In this document: one piece after another, positions 1 to 12,833 of the stretch | Layout: the number at the start of each line of letters is the position of its first letter | How positions within the stretch are numbered: position 1 is the stretch's first letter | Assembly: GCA_028534125.1 (NCBI GenBank) | Contig: CM052817.1 | Coordinates: 59,398,001-59,462,000, forward strand | DNA: 64,000 nt | From: Lama glama | Lineage: Eukaryota | Direction of reading: 5' to 3' | Position numbers and translations under genes: made by a program | The notes under the pieces: model-generated | Told to the model about the DNA's origin: nothing | Databases searched by the model: none | Seen by the model: the letters and a program-made list of their open reading frames with translations, nothing else

Positions 1-639
1 CACAAAACCTAGAGAGCAAAAACTTGAATAGAAATACCTGAGGATGGCATCACTATTTTATATTTTATATATCATTTTGCAACCTGTATATTGTATTTTC
101 TTCTATAACTACCACACAGATTAGGTAATGTGTTTTGAAAAATAATGGTAGTGAAACTATTGCTATTCTACATTTTGTTCTACTTGAAGTATGTTATTGA
201 TCAGATTCTAGTCCACAATATTTTAGCTCCACTGAAGTATGACAGCCACAGTCATGAATTTTAGTATGGGTTATAAAAGGGTACTATACAAACGCCTCAC
301 TCAAAAATTGTTCCTCAGCAATATATGTCTTTGATGCAAGTACTTAAAATAACACTTTCCCATGTCAGCTGTAACCCTCTCATCAAGGTTCTGGGTCAAG
401 TATTGAAAACTGCAGCGATAAAAGCTTAATTCCTATTACTCTGTGAAAAGCTACTGTCATCATTTATATTTTAAAATTGTTTTTAACCCTGAGTAAACTG
501 AGTTGTACAGCTCAAAAAATATTTGGTTCAATTTCTGTTTCACCCACTCAGATTCATAAGAACATTTTTACTTTGGCTTTATAAAATCCAGATAAAGGAA
601 AGCAATATCAATAGTAGATTATAAACTTATTTTACTTAG

Positions 640-749
640 ATCAAACAGGACCATAAAGCTCTAGCCAAATTATATCTGGAGATGGAGCAATTCAGACTGA
701 CTATACTTTAGTGCTCTGAAATTTTTAACACTTTTTCTTGGAACGAATG
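640..749 (+). pseudogene. Candidate decayed exon (110 nt)
   Basis: Acceptor ttattttacttag|, donor ATG|gtaaga. One frame ends IL*CSEIFNTFSWNEW (C...W motif). All three frames contain stops. Confidence 0.45.
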
Positions 750-839
750 GTAAGATTTCTTTTTCATTACTTGTTTTCTTTTTGTTTACTTTATGTATTC
801 CCAGTTCTCTCTGGGAACTGTATGTTCCCAGTTCTCTTA

Positions 840-1115
840 AGTGCTGGTCTTAAAAGTTGAGGAGACAGATGCAGAATAAAACTCTGGGTTTTGAGTTTAC
901 TAGGCTAGGGTGGGATTTATGGCAAAATTGTGTCTCAGACATTCCGACCCACTTCAGGGTGGTTTGCCCAATGTGAAGGGGTCACTCCGCCAGTTTTTAG
1001 GGGTTTTTTTCCCCAGAGGAAATTGTTCCATTAACTGTATAGCTATAGATTCAGCATATTTGTGGGAGAAAGTGTGCTCAGAATCTTTCTATGTCACCCT
1101 CTCGAACCGGAATCC
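840..1115 (-). mobile_element. L1 5' UTR fragment
   Basis: Reverse complement reads ccggttcgagagggtgacatagaaagattctgagcacactttctcccac...ggaacaatttcctct. It resembles the L1 5' end at ~28820-28934. Confidence 0.7.
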
Positions 1116-2848
1116 TCTGCATTCCCAGTTGTAATACAGATTTCTACATGGTCTGGGATCATCTGACTGTACAGACAGCATCTGATGTTGAAAGCACTGA
1201 CAACTTTGAAGACTTCTCCCCTCCTGTTTAACTCATTCCAGAGAATAGAAGCCTAGTTATTTCACCACTAGGAGAAAAACCTTCTTTTTAAAGGTTGGGA
1301 GCTGATTATATATAAGTATTTGAGAATCTTAAATAGATTTTCTGTTACAAATGAAAGCCAGGTTGTAAAGACAGTTACCAGATAACATATGGAAAATTCA
1401 ATTTCTTTCTCTTGGTACTTGTAATTTATTCTTGCTCCCATACGGTGTTACTCAAAAGCCTCTGTTTCTTAACACTCGCCATGCCCATTTCTTAGCATAT
1501 CTTCATGATTCTCAGTGTTTTTGCTTTGTTCATCAATATTAGTAACAGCTCTTGCAAATGGGAAGGAGGAAAAAGCTTATCAAATATATAATATATACAT
1601 AACTTACAGATATGTATATATGTGTGTTTATATATATATATATAATTACCACATTTATTTCATTAATGTTGATTGTATTTTAAGTCTTAAATTACTAATG
1701 GGTTAAATTTTTTCATTTAACATAAATTTTACAGCATCCTCACATTTTTCTAAACTGGTGGAAACAACATATCCAGTAGATATCTGTATTCTAGCCTACT
1801 TCCAAAATATTTCATCCTGTAGAAAACTTTCAAAGGGAAGTGCATTTTTCTTGCTAATCAATTTGTTACATGGCTAACTGCAGTTTTGGTGATTAGCCAG
1901 TTTTCTGAAAACACTGTCATCTATCAAGAGTATAGTAGGACAAAAAATTAAATTTATTATTCATTGTTTGAGATCTTTAATCTATTCGGAAATGAGCCCA
2001 CAGGACCACGTCTTAAAAGAAGAAAAGGAATAGGTAGAGACATTTTATTCTGTAATTTTGGGCATGTTACTTTAAAGATGTTTCTATGAAGATTTCATGA
2101 TGCCATGATGTAATATTCAGAGTGAGTGAGGCATAGCTGAGTATCCATAACCAAGGCATAAGTTCTCAATCAGTGTGTCATCAAGTCATTTTTTAAAAAT
2201 TTTGCCACAGTGAATATGAATATTATGTTGGAAGAAGACAATTAATACAGATGCTTTTATAAGTAATGCACAACATTAAATTATTGTGCTAATGATAGAT
2301 TTTCATTATTCCTCTTTAATTGTGTTATGGTAAAATAATATTGTCATGTGTGTTATAAAAAATTTGCTATTCAGAAGTATAACAGAAGCACACAAAAGGT
2401 TGAAAGCCATTATCCTAAAGGTACAAGTGAGAAGAATTTTTCATGTGTGTTTATTGATTTCTCTGAAACCTTTGGAATAATAATAAATGTGCATTTCTTA
2501 GTGTAATTTGGAGGTTCCAAAGGAGTGGTAATTTATAGGAACACAGTAAAATGGTTTGGGGTTATTTAGTTTTACTTGTTTATTCCTATGCTGTGAAAAA
2601 GACAAAAAAAAAAACCCTTTAAATACATGTACCAAGTTGTTTTTTGTTGTCTGAATTTTTAATAACAATCAATATTTTGAAGCAATGTATTTTAACTATA
2701 TATGATATTACATATTAGTCATAATTTTGTAATTTTCACTCTTCTACCCTATCCCCCAAATTCACCCATAGCATGTACAATCCAATTGATTTTAATAGAG
2801 AAATAATTATTATCCAACTGAATATGTCTGTCTTTCTTGACATTTCAG

Positions 2849-3110
2849 ATATTTACACACATGTATTAATAAAAATATAGTGTCACAAACTGATGGGACA
2901 TGGAAAAATTGATTATGAAATTTTTACTGAAATATAAACTTATAATAACAGTAAAAACTGCAGGTCACTTTCTACCATTTGTTAACATTATAGTTCATTT
3001 CTTAATCTTCTTAAAATGTAAATGACTTTGAAATTAAAGTTTCATCTAGCCAGGAGAATTACATATGGTTTGAAAGGAAGAACCTTTGTCTACATACTTT
3101 GTCTATGTAT
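2849..3110 (+). pseudogene. Candidate decayed exon
   Basis: Acceptor tctttcttgacatttcag|. Translates DIYTHVLIKI*CHKLMGHGKIDYEIFTE with several stops. 3' boundary uncertain. Confidence 0.3.
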
Positions 3111-3683
3111 TTTCTTATTGTAAATAATTTAGTACATACCCATATGAAATTTGGTAGTCTATAAATTCTGTTGATTAAGATGTTTATAGCCAGGAATTAC
3201 AATTAATATTAGCACCTTCTGATATACACATTTCCTCTCGGAAATTCAAAGCTGATTACTATTTTGGAATTATTTAAAGTTTCTCAATTAAGTTCTGGCC
3301 ATGGAAAATCACATGCTATTTTGAACTAAGCTTACAAAAAACAATACCAAATTCTAATCATGGACTTAGACAGAGTATGCCTGAAGTACTGTTACTTCTA
3401 TTAGAAATGTCTTAACACATATGACATTAGTGTATCAAGATGGATAGTAGTTTGCCAAAACTCAAATTTATTATCTACTTTGAGTATTTGTTGTCTAGAA
3501 CTATATCTAAGGAATAACATGATAATTAGGATTTGAATAGCACTTCTAGGTGTTCCACCATACATTTCTGTTTTCTCATTTAATATTTTTATTAACCTTA
3601 AAAATCAGAACTGAACTTTATCTCATACTTAGAGGAGAAAACAAATAATGAAAGAACAAAGTAAAACAGAAGAGTGATAAGAT

Positions 3684-4110
3684 TGCAGTTGCGAGAGCCA
3701 CAGTAGTACACTGCTCAAGTCTTCTTTCAGAAAAGACTTGCAGGAAACGTAGCGCCCAGCCTTCACCTGCTCCACCTTCTGATTTGCACTACCAAGGCCA
3801 TGCTCCCTGGGTGTTCCCAGCCAGTGTTGGAGCTTGGTGGAGCCATTCCTGCCTAATACGGGACAATTCTAGTAGGTGATCTTTGTCCTGGGCTTCCCTA
3901 TTGGCCTGGCTGAGACTTTCTCAGAGCTGCACTGAAGTCTCAGGCTCTTTCTATGCCCACCTTCCCTTCTTGAACAAATGTCGGGCCAACATTGCAGTTT
4001 GCAGGCTCTCTACCTATGCCTGCTCTGCTCCTCTATCTTACACAGGAATTTTGCAAAACAAATCTTCTGTAAGCCCAGTCCTGTCCTGGTACGTGCTAAT
4101 GGAGCATCTG
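3684..4110. mobile_element. ERVL solo LTR, LTR16-like
   Basis: GC-richer block with ggcctggctgagactttctcagagctgcactgaagtctcaggctctt, typical of the LTR16 family. Confidence 0.6.
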
Positions 4111-4454
4111 AGATACATGAATAGAGTATGAAGAGTTCTGATTCCAGGAATGGTGAAGAAGCATATTGCAGACTAACCTAATTACAGGGACAATTAGAAA
4201 AATTTGACAAAATCTGAAGGAAAAAATCAGAAGAATCATTAAACAATTAAAATATTGAGAATTTTCAAGACCAGATCTAGAGATAAAAGAGCAGTGAGAT
4301 ACGCACCGCATTCTGAGTATTTTTACAGTAGAAGATTTTCAGGAAGGAACAAAGGACCAAAGGCTGGGATATAATCACACAAATAAACTATATAGTTTCA
4401 AGCTAAATCTTGTATATTTAAAAAACCCAAAGATCAGCTTTTGTATTTCAACAT

Positions 4455-4560
4455 GTAATAGTTATGTGAATTTGGGCAAGCTACTCAATCTCAATTTTCT
4501 TACTGTGAAATTAGTAAAATACTAATATACTCATAAGTGTATCATAATTTTTGAGACATT
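4455..4560. mobile_element. MIR SINE fragment
   Basis: tgtgaatttgggcaagctactcaatctcaattttcttactgtgaaa, MIR core. Confidence 0.55.
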
Positions 4561-4638
4561 TCTAATTCTCTAAGAATACAGTCCAATATCTATTAAGCAC
4601 TAATATTTTGTTAAAGGTCTAAAATCAGAAGTGAAATT

Positions 4639-4645
4639 CACACAG

Positions 4646-4680
<35 letters not shown>

Positions 4681-4689
4681 CACACACAT
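4639..4689. repeat. (CA)n(TA)n microsatellite
   Basis: Direct reading. Confidence 0.95.
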
Positions 4690-5186
4690 TCCCTAGAAGA
4701 CACTATTTTATTTAAAGTTGTCATTATTTTCACCAAAAATTCTTCTCTCAAATTACTTTTGAGATTCATTCACAAAACTTTTTCAATATTTACTCTTGGG
4801 TAGAAAGTGCAAAATGTAGACATTCTCATATATATTTAGAAACAATTTTTTTTTCAAAAGTGATGACTAAATATAGTCTCTGAGGGAGTGCATCAAAAAT
4901 TTTAATTAGTGGTATGCCATAAAAACAAATATTTCAAGTGGTTGCTTATTACTCTGTATGTTTGACTATACAGTTTTTGTAATGCAAATTTACCTATAAT
5001 GTGATGGAATCTTATGGAATATGACTTCATTATTCCAAACACTATTATTGTTTCAGTTTGGAATTAGGATCTTCTGGAAATCCTACTCTTATTTGGAAAA
5101 AAATACTGTCTCTTACCTAAGAGGCATATTACATTGGTGTGGCTTTACATATTCTCTACTAAAGCAATGGGTAAAAAAATTCTATA

Positions 5187-5968
5187 ATGCATAAATGTCT
5201 TTTTTCTACTCAAACAATTCGTATTGTAATGCATATTGCTTTGACAATGTATGCTTCTTTAAGAATGCCCCTATCTAATTGCAGTGGAACAGAAGGTATA
5301 CAGCGTTTTTCCATTTTAGATTGTCTAAAACATTCATTAAGTATTTCTTGCAATTATCCTATTAAGTCAGCATTAATATTTCCACCATGCAAATGATGCA
5401 TGAAAAAATTAAATAATGTAAATAAATCAAAAAGTTTGAATAATTGAACAAAAATGAATGACAGCAGCGTTTAGTCTGTGGTCTACCATTCTAAAGTTTC
5501 ACTGTTTACTGACTAATGATGTTGGACTGTAGTAAACATTTTCCTCACATAAAAAAGTAATGATTTATGATATTATTAACTGTCCAAAAGCCATCTGGAC
5601 AGATGTGCCATTTCATTCGGAAATTAATTTTCAAAAAATATGCAGAAGTTTCAGAAATCATAATTTACTTCCATCTTCATACCATATTTGGTCAGTTGGC
5701 GATTACTTCCTAGGCTGTTGGCACTGATAATTTGGATCAGTTTGTATTTCAAATCACTCAGGCACTTAATAGCTTATAAATGTTTACACTGGGACCAAAA
5801 TGGAAAAGAAAACAATTTTTGAAAGAAAACATCAGTTTGTATAGCAGCCCTGGACAATACCCAGTAATGTTGGCTTCATTTTTTATTATTAGTTTCACTG
5901 TCTCTGTAGTTGAAGCCAATTCCTCATGCAGCCTTCCTTTCTATACCAGTCTAGTCTTTACAAAATAA
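5187..5968 (+). pseudogene. Candidate large decayed exon with REJ-like and PKD-like motifs
   Basis: 5187-5396 ends ...SALIFPPCK. 5536-5727 reads KKVMIYDIINCPKAIWTDVPF...LLPSSYHIWSVGDYF. 5780-5968 reads ...SLYSSPGQYPVMLASFFIISFTVSVVEANSSCSLP. Confidence 0.55.
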
Positions 5969-6019
5969 AATCTTTGATATCATGTATCTTTGCAGAAGAA
6001 ATCAAATATTCAAAGACAT

Positions 6020-6522
6020 AAAATTTCTCACAGTTTTACTCAGTTCCCCCCTGTATCTATGCCCTCAGATTATTGTCTCTGACACTGACTCTGAACACAG
6101 CCATGCAAATTTCTTTGGCTAACAGAAAAGTGGTAAATGTGGCACAAGCAGAAAGTTGAAAATTGCTTCTGCATGGGGATTTCCCCTTCTTGGTGCTACT
6201 GAAAGATGCCATCTCATTTGTAAAAATTACCAGGGTAGCGTGTTGCTTGATGAAAAACAATAATCATATCACTCCTGTAACCCCAACTAATATATAGCTC
6301 CAATTGCCAGGCATACGTATCAGGCCACCTAGATCAACAAGTCCTCGATGACCTGCCGAGTGACCACAGGTGTCTAGACAAGACCAGCTGACGTCAACAG
6401 AGACTAGCCTACATCATCTGAACTGTCTCGTCAACACAGAAATTTGGGGAAATAATAAATGGTTATTTAAGAAACTAGTTTTTGGAGTGATACTTTTATG
6501 CAGCTAAAGCTAACTAATACAA
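6020..6522 (+). mobile_element. MLT1 (MaLR) solo LTR
   Basis: cagccatgcaaatttctttggctaacag...gcacaagcagaaagttgaaa; 3' end aataataaatggttatttaag...gcagctaaagctaactaataca. Confidence 0.75.
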
Positions 6523-7302
6523 CATAGTCTGTATGGTGAGTTATAAAAAACACTCACTCATTGGGCTTGCTTTCAAATTCCCAAAGGAAAAGTTTGCTGA
6601 TAAATGTTTTAAATAGCAGCATCTAAGTTTTGCTTGTTTGTTTTTGAGAGGGGGTAGGTATAAGGAAATGCACTGGAACTCCATATAGAGTCTTTTTCTC
6701 AGAATTATGGAAGCCAAAAGGAAATTTTATTATCTTGCTTTCAATGGAATCAGTGGTTAATATAATAAAATATATGCAATACACTAATTATTTTAATATT
6801 AAAATCAAATGTGTTTATTTACATGTAATTTTGTATTCTTTTAGGCATTAAGTGAATTTTAGTTTTGCTGAAATTTTTAAGTAATTTAAAATCTTTCTGC
6901 AACTTCTGATCTGATCATTGCATTTCATATTCAACAGCAACATAAAATAAAATTAGCTAAAAAGAGAAACAGCAGACTTTCCTTTTATTAGGTAGATAAT
7001 AAGTAACTATTAGCTCAGTATCCAACCATTAAAGTTTTCTTTCACTTTTCCTGGATCTGAGGGGATAGCTGAAGCTATTCACTGGAAAAATTTAATGATT
7101 TATTGGCACGAATTTGCTCCTCTTTTTTATTTACCTTATGTGATCAATTTATCAGTTTATTTTCTAATAGCAAGGAAAGAAACAAAGCCATACTTAGTGA
7201 TTAACACACAATTACATTTGAAGATTTTATTGAACATTTATAGGTTTCAATTATATTTTATGGAAAATATAGTTGTTATGTCAAGATATAAAATAGCCTA
7301 TG

Positions 7303-7685
7303 CATACAAGGGAATGTTACTCAGCCATAAAAAATATAATGCCATTTGCAGCAACATGGATGGAACTGGAGATCATAATACTAAGTGAAGTAAGCCAGAA
7401 AGAGAAAGAAAAATATCATACGGTATCACTTATTTGTGGAATCTTAAAAAAATGGCACAAATGAACTAATCTACAAAACAGAAACAGACTCACAGACATA
7501 AAAAACAAACTTAAGGTTACCAGATGGGAAAGGGCAGTAGGGGTGGAAGGATAAATTGGGAGTTCAGGATTTGCAGATACTAACTACTATATATAAAATA
7601 GATAAACAACAAGGTCCTACTGTATAGCACAAGGAACTATATTCAGTACTTTGTAATAGCCTATAATGAAAAATAATATGAAAAG

Positions 7686-7726
<41 letters not shown>

Positions 7727-7808
7727 ATAACTGAATCACTATGCTGTACATCAGAAACTAACATTGTAAACTGACTATATTTCAATAAAAAATAGATGAA
7801 AATAAAAC
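7303..7808 (+). mobile_element. 5'-truncated young L1 (3' UTR, cetartiodactyl type)
   Basis: gccatttgcagcaacatggatggaactggaga...aacaaggtcctactgtatagcaca...(TA)n...aataaa and A-rich tail. Diverged TSD aaaatagcctatg (7290-7302) / aaaacagtttatg (7809-7821). Confidence 0.92.
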
Positions 7809-8174
7809 AAAACAGTTTATGATTATAACCATTTACTGATAAACAGAAATCATTTCATTATTTATTAATAGCTCAATTTTACTAATTAAAAAAATTAAAA
7901 GACTACTGGTAGATTTAAGAAGTCAAATATGGTGAAGGAGGGGATGAAAACTGTAGTGTAAAAAGGTTTCTGGGCCAAGTATATACATCCTGAGAATATG
8001 TATCAAACATAAGCATAGTATTATCAAGTCGTATTCCTAAGAGTTCAAAAGGGTAAAGTTTTTATATAATTACTGTAGTGTTTTCATTGCAAATTTTGTC
8101 TTTTACTTCGTAGCCAAGTAGACAATAACTTTAGAAACACATGGCAGAAGAATAACAACAACAAAAAAGTGATA

Positions 8175-9080
8175 AACTCACTTCACAGCAGTTAGGATAG
8201 CTATTATTAAAAACAAAACAAAACAAAATTTTTTAAAGAGTAAGTGTTGGCAAAAGAGAAATTGAGAAATTGGAACCCTTCCAAACTGTTAGAGGGAATG
8301 TAAAATGGTGCAGCGACTGTGGAAACAGTATGGAGTTTCACCAAGAAATTAAGTTAGAACTATCATGTGATCCAACAATTTCACTTCTGGGTTTATACCC
8401 AAAAGAACTGAAATTGGGATCTTGAAGTGGTATCTGCTCTGTTATGTTCATTGCAGCACTATTCACGATAGCCAGGTTATGGAAACAATCAAAATATCCA
8501 TCAAAAGATAAATGGGTAAAGAAAAGGTAGTATATGTGTACAATGGAATATTATTCAGATTTTAAAAAAAAAGAAGATGCTGCCATCTGTGACAACCTGG
8601 ATGAACCCTGAGAACACCATGCTGAGTTGAACCATGCAGTGTTTGTCTTTCTTTGACTGCCTTGGCAGTCTAAATGATTCTACTTAAGAGTCCATGATTC
8701 TGCTTAGATGAGGTACTGAAAATAGTCAAACTCATAAAATAAAGAGTATAGAATAGAATGGTGGTTATCAGAGGCTAGAGAGAGGGAGAAATGGGAAGTT
8801 AATTGCTATGAAGTTTTAGTTATACAAGATGATAGTTAATAATATTGAATTGTGCACTTCAAAATTTGTTAAGAGATCTCATGTTAAGTACACTTACCAC
8901 ACACACAAAAAAAAAGACACAAGGAAAATTTGGAGGTGTTGGATTGGAAACTTTTGATTGTGGTGATGGTTTCACAGGTATATGCATACGTACAAACTCA
9001 TCAAATTGTATAGATGAAAAATGTACAGGTTTTTATATCAAATATACCCCAGTAAAGTTACTTTTAAAAAAGAAAAATCT
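8175..9080 (+). mobile_element. Old L1 (L1MA/MB-like) 3' end
   Basis: gagaaattggaaccctt...gtaaaatggtgcagcgactgtggaaacag...gattgtggtgatggtttcacagg. Confidence 0.85.
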
Positions 9081-9352
9081 CTATAAATAAAATTGTACAT
9101 TTTCCAAATTTTTCTTTCATATATCATCGATATGCTATTCTTAAAACATAATTACCCTCTATGGTCAGCAAAATGGCTACAGGGGAAAAATTACTAATGA
9201 AATTAGAAACCAAAAGCCTTTAAAATCATGCATGATTCCAAAACAATTATGTTTGCTTTTGGATGGCAAATACTTTATTTTTCAACAGAGTCATCCAATA
9301 ATAATTTCTTCAATGATTTATAATATAATTAAGATTAGTTATAAATTCTTAG

Positions 9353-9580
9353 GATACCTCATTTAAAGCCAGAAATATATATATATCACTTATAAACAAA
9401 CTGGGATATAAAATGAAACAAAGCTGGCATTTAAATTTGTCACCGATGGTACAGTAACAAATATACCTGAGCAAATATATAATGTACATGGAAAAATAAT
9501 TAGAAATTGCTTTAATCCAAGTCATCAAATATTTTACTACAATTATTTTACTAATCCAAGTAGTCAAATACTTTAATACT
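9353..9580 (+). pseudogene. Candidate decayed exon
   Basis: Acceptor attcttag|. Reads DTSFKARNIYISLINKLGYKMKQSWHLNLSP, then in a shifted frame NIPEQIYNVHGKIIRNCFNPS. The SW motif recurs at ~30800. Confidence 0.4.
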
Positions 9581-9669
9581 AGTCTTAAAATTTCACGTGG
9601 CTCATTCCCCTTTCAGTCTCTCACGTATCTTGTAGCTACATTTATTTTGTGGTTCTAGAGCAATTATTT

Positions 9670-9805
9670 TGTTAATGTTTGTCTTCTAACTGCGACCTCC
9701 TTGAGGATCAGACCTATTTCTTGTTTACCTTTCTAGCGCTAGTGTCTGGCACAGGTGCTCATAATCAGTCGACGACTAAAAAAATGATAGCTCAGTGAAT
9801 TAATG
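9670..9805 (+). mobile_element. L2 3' end fragment
   Basis: ctccttgaggatcagacctatttcttgtttacc...tagtgtctggcacaggtgctcataa. Confidence 0.6.
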
Positions 9806-11109
9806 TTCCCCTGCCAGTTTTCTCATACATTAAAAGAAATTCTGCTGTAAGTCATATTAACACCATAACACGTTTCCTGGAGGCTTCCATCCCTATCTGA
9901 GAGCCTCCAGCTAGTCTACATTGCTCTGTGTCAGGCAGGAGGTGGGGAGCTAGTCAGAGGGACTAGATAGGGATTAAAAAATAAGGAGGTAGATAGAAAC
10001 AAAAGAAATAGAAAGGCAGTCCAAACATAAAATTAAATACCACCGGATGTTGTCATTTAAGTATGTATGGGGAGAAAATCTAAAAACTTTTGGATTTCTA
10101 TGGGCTTGTTGGTTGTATGGTATATACAGCAAAATAAGTAGACTTTCATTCGGAGTGTTTTCTCTCTGACTCTGCTAACTAAAATTAAAAGATATTTGAT
10201 GAAAGAAATTAACATTGTAGAAAAACAAACATAATGCAATTAGGATGCAGACTTCATCTAAATAACTGTAGTATTACTGTATCTATTCTAAAATAATTCC
10301 AATAGAAAACTCTCAAGAAGTTGATAGCAGCCATGTGAAATTCTCATAAATCATTAGTGAATATTCATGAAATATTTATTGATCTAAGTTCATAAGCATT
10401 CATTAAAATTCACAAAATAGTGTGCTTATGGACAATCTATTAAATCCAAGAACATAAAAGGCCACATTTTAAGTACATGTGGGTTCATGTGCCCTTTTTC
10501 AAAAGTGAGTTTTTATGAATTTTACTGCCTTAGCCATCTAAAATAAATACATTCTTACTATGTTATGTTCCTGAATCTTTGAGAATAATTCGGATGGCAT
10601 TTATTTGTGCCAAATAATATGTAACTTAATGAAATAAAATGACATTTAGGTCATTTGCATTTTGTAGAAATCCTCAGTTCACATGCACTAAGCCAATTTA
10701 TTTAAGGAGGTTTTGATGAAAGGGACATCTGTTATAGTGAAAAATAAGAAAGAAGTGAGAAGTATTGGGGCCAAGAAAAAATTTGTATCCTAGGGTTTTT
10801 TTTGTTGTTGTTGTTTAATTTTTGTTTTTATTTGTGTATCTAATGATGGCTCTTCATTGCTAATTATTTCCCTAGTTCTATGCATTATTTCTCCCCTTCT
10901 CTTTGTGCTTTCTTCCCCTGCACAAAGAAAAGCACTTACAACCTTTCTACATTTCTTCCTCCAGTTTCACATATTAGAATGAATAAACACCACACAAGAT
11001 ATCAAATCTTTTATCATTGTTCCTAGTTTATATTTAATCACATATATTTAATGTCCTTCTTGAAATTTATAAGCAGGATAATCTAATATTGTTCAATAAA
11101 ATAGACAAA

Positions 11110-11300
11110 TAAATTTAGCTCAACTGAATGAATATTTATGGAGGACCTACCCTGGGTCAAGCACTGTATGAAATTCTGAGTATACAAAAGCTCTCTGATG
11201 TTTTTGAAACTAGATTGTTTAGCAGGAAACATAGTTTGCATTTAGTGGGAAATATAAAATTGAAAACTTCAATTTTACATGTTGACTGGTGTCTCAATAA
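11110..11300 (-). mobile_element. L2 fragment
   Basis: tgaatatttatggaggacctaccctgggtcaagcactgt, antisense L2 3' end. Confidence 0.5.
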
Positions 11301-12425
11301 ATCTTTAGAGAGTGCTGCTTTCTTCAGAATAGATTGAGCAAAAAGAATTCTTACTGCCACAAGTCTTCCCACAAGAATAAAGGAGAGGAACTGTGTACTC
11401 TGATGCTGACTTCAGTTAAAATGCTCTGAGCCATCAGTGCAGGGCTACTTAGGTTAGAGGCAAAAGCCACTATCATTTCTGAATTCTGACATGTGCACTA
11501 TACTGTTCACATCCTACACTTAACGTCCTTTCAGCTGGAAACAATTGTTTCCCTGTCAAAATGCTTCAAAAAGATTCATTGTTTACTTTTCACAGAAGAC
11601 TGAAGCTTGACCTTGGGCTATCAGTTCCTAGCCAGTTCTGCTATAAGGATCACAAAACAAATGCTCTGTCATATCCAAGCTCCAATGTCTAATATACATC
11701 ACCTGTTTCTCAGTTTCTACTGGGGAACAAAACCAAACAAAACCCCACATAGAAAATTCATATTTCATTAAAAGGGACAAGTGGGAGTATGGAAAAGAGA
11801 CAAAGAGCACTGAGGAGTTTGCATGACAGGGATGTATTTTTTTTCTTCTGCTCAAAGAAGGTATAATTAGGAATTAATTCATCAACCACATAACCTAGTT
11901 TAGAACCCATGTGTATGTAAGTTTATGGAACTCCAAAGAGAACATTTTATAGAATTCTTTTGTTAAAAATTTTCAACTAAAAATTCAATTATATTTTCAA
12001 ATGCTTCTCATTCTCCTTGCATCAGAAATGAATATCTTCATTCCACATTAATTTTTCTTTACAAAATCAACCATATGTTCCCACCAAAAAGTTTTAAAAA
12101 TAGGAAAACCATAACATTAAGAGAGAAGACAGAAAGAAATCTTGACATATTTTGGTTATTATTCATTTTTACATATCTGCATGCTTCTAAAAGGAATAAT
12201 ATTTTGAAAATATTAAGCTGATTTATTTTTCATTCTCTCTAAATAATATTTCTCTGTGGTTTCCCACTGATTTGCTAATTCCACACTGAGATTACCAAAA
12301 ACCTATCTTTTTTAAGAAATAAATAAGTTTTATGAATTCAATCACTTGCTGAATGTATATCTATGATGAAATTTAGAAGGTTTCCCATAGAATCACATCA
12401 CCTAGGGAAGAATTAAAGATATGAG

Positions 12426-12833
12426 TATGATAGTTAATTTTATATGTTAACTTAGCTGGGCAAAGGTGCCCAGATATTTGGCCCAACATTATTCTGGATG
12501 TTTCTGTGAAGATGTGCTTTTTTGGATGATATTAAGGTTTAAATCAGTAGATTATGAGTAAGCAAATGTGGGTGAGTCTCATCCAATCAGTTGAAGGCCT
12601 TCATTTAAAAAAAAAAAAAAGACTGAAATCCCCCAGAGCAAAAATGAATTGCCAGAAGACTGCTTTTAGACTTGAACTGCAACTCTTTCATGGGTCTCAA
12701 GCCCACTGATCTACCCTGTACAATTTAGAATTATACCTCTACAATTGTGAGCCAATTCATTAAAATAAATCTCTCTCTATATATGTATACACACATCCTA
12801 TTAGTTCTTCTCTGGAGAACCCTGCCTAATACA
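12426..12833 (+). mobile_element. MLT2 (ERVL) solo LTR with 5-bp TSD
   Basis: tatgatagttaattttatatgttaacttagctggg...ctggagaaccctgcctaataca, flanked by ATGAG at 12421-25 and 12834-38. Confidence 0.9.

Noticed and set aside
5117..5789. Minus-strand exon reading (donor ttag|gtaaga at ~5116; peptides LQEILNECFRQ and IISANSLGS, FN3-like)
   Set aside because: Contains stops, and plus-strand frames over the same bases give motifs that recur elsewhere. Probably antisense shadows, though not formally excluded.
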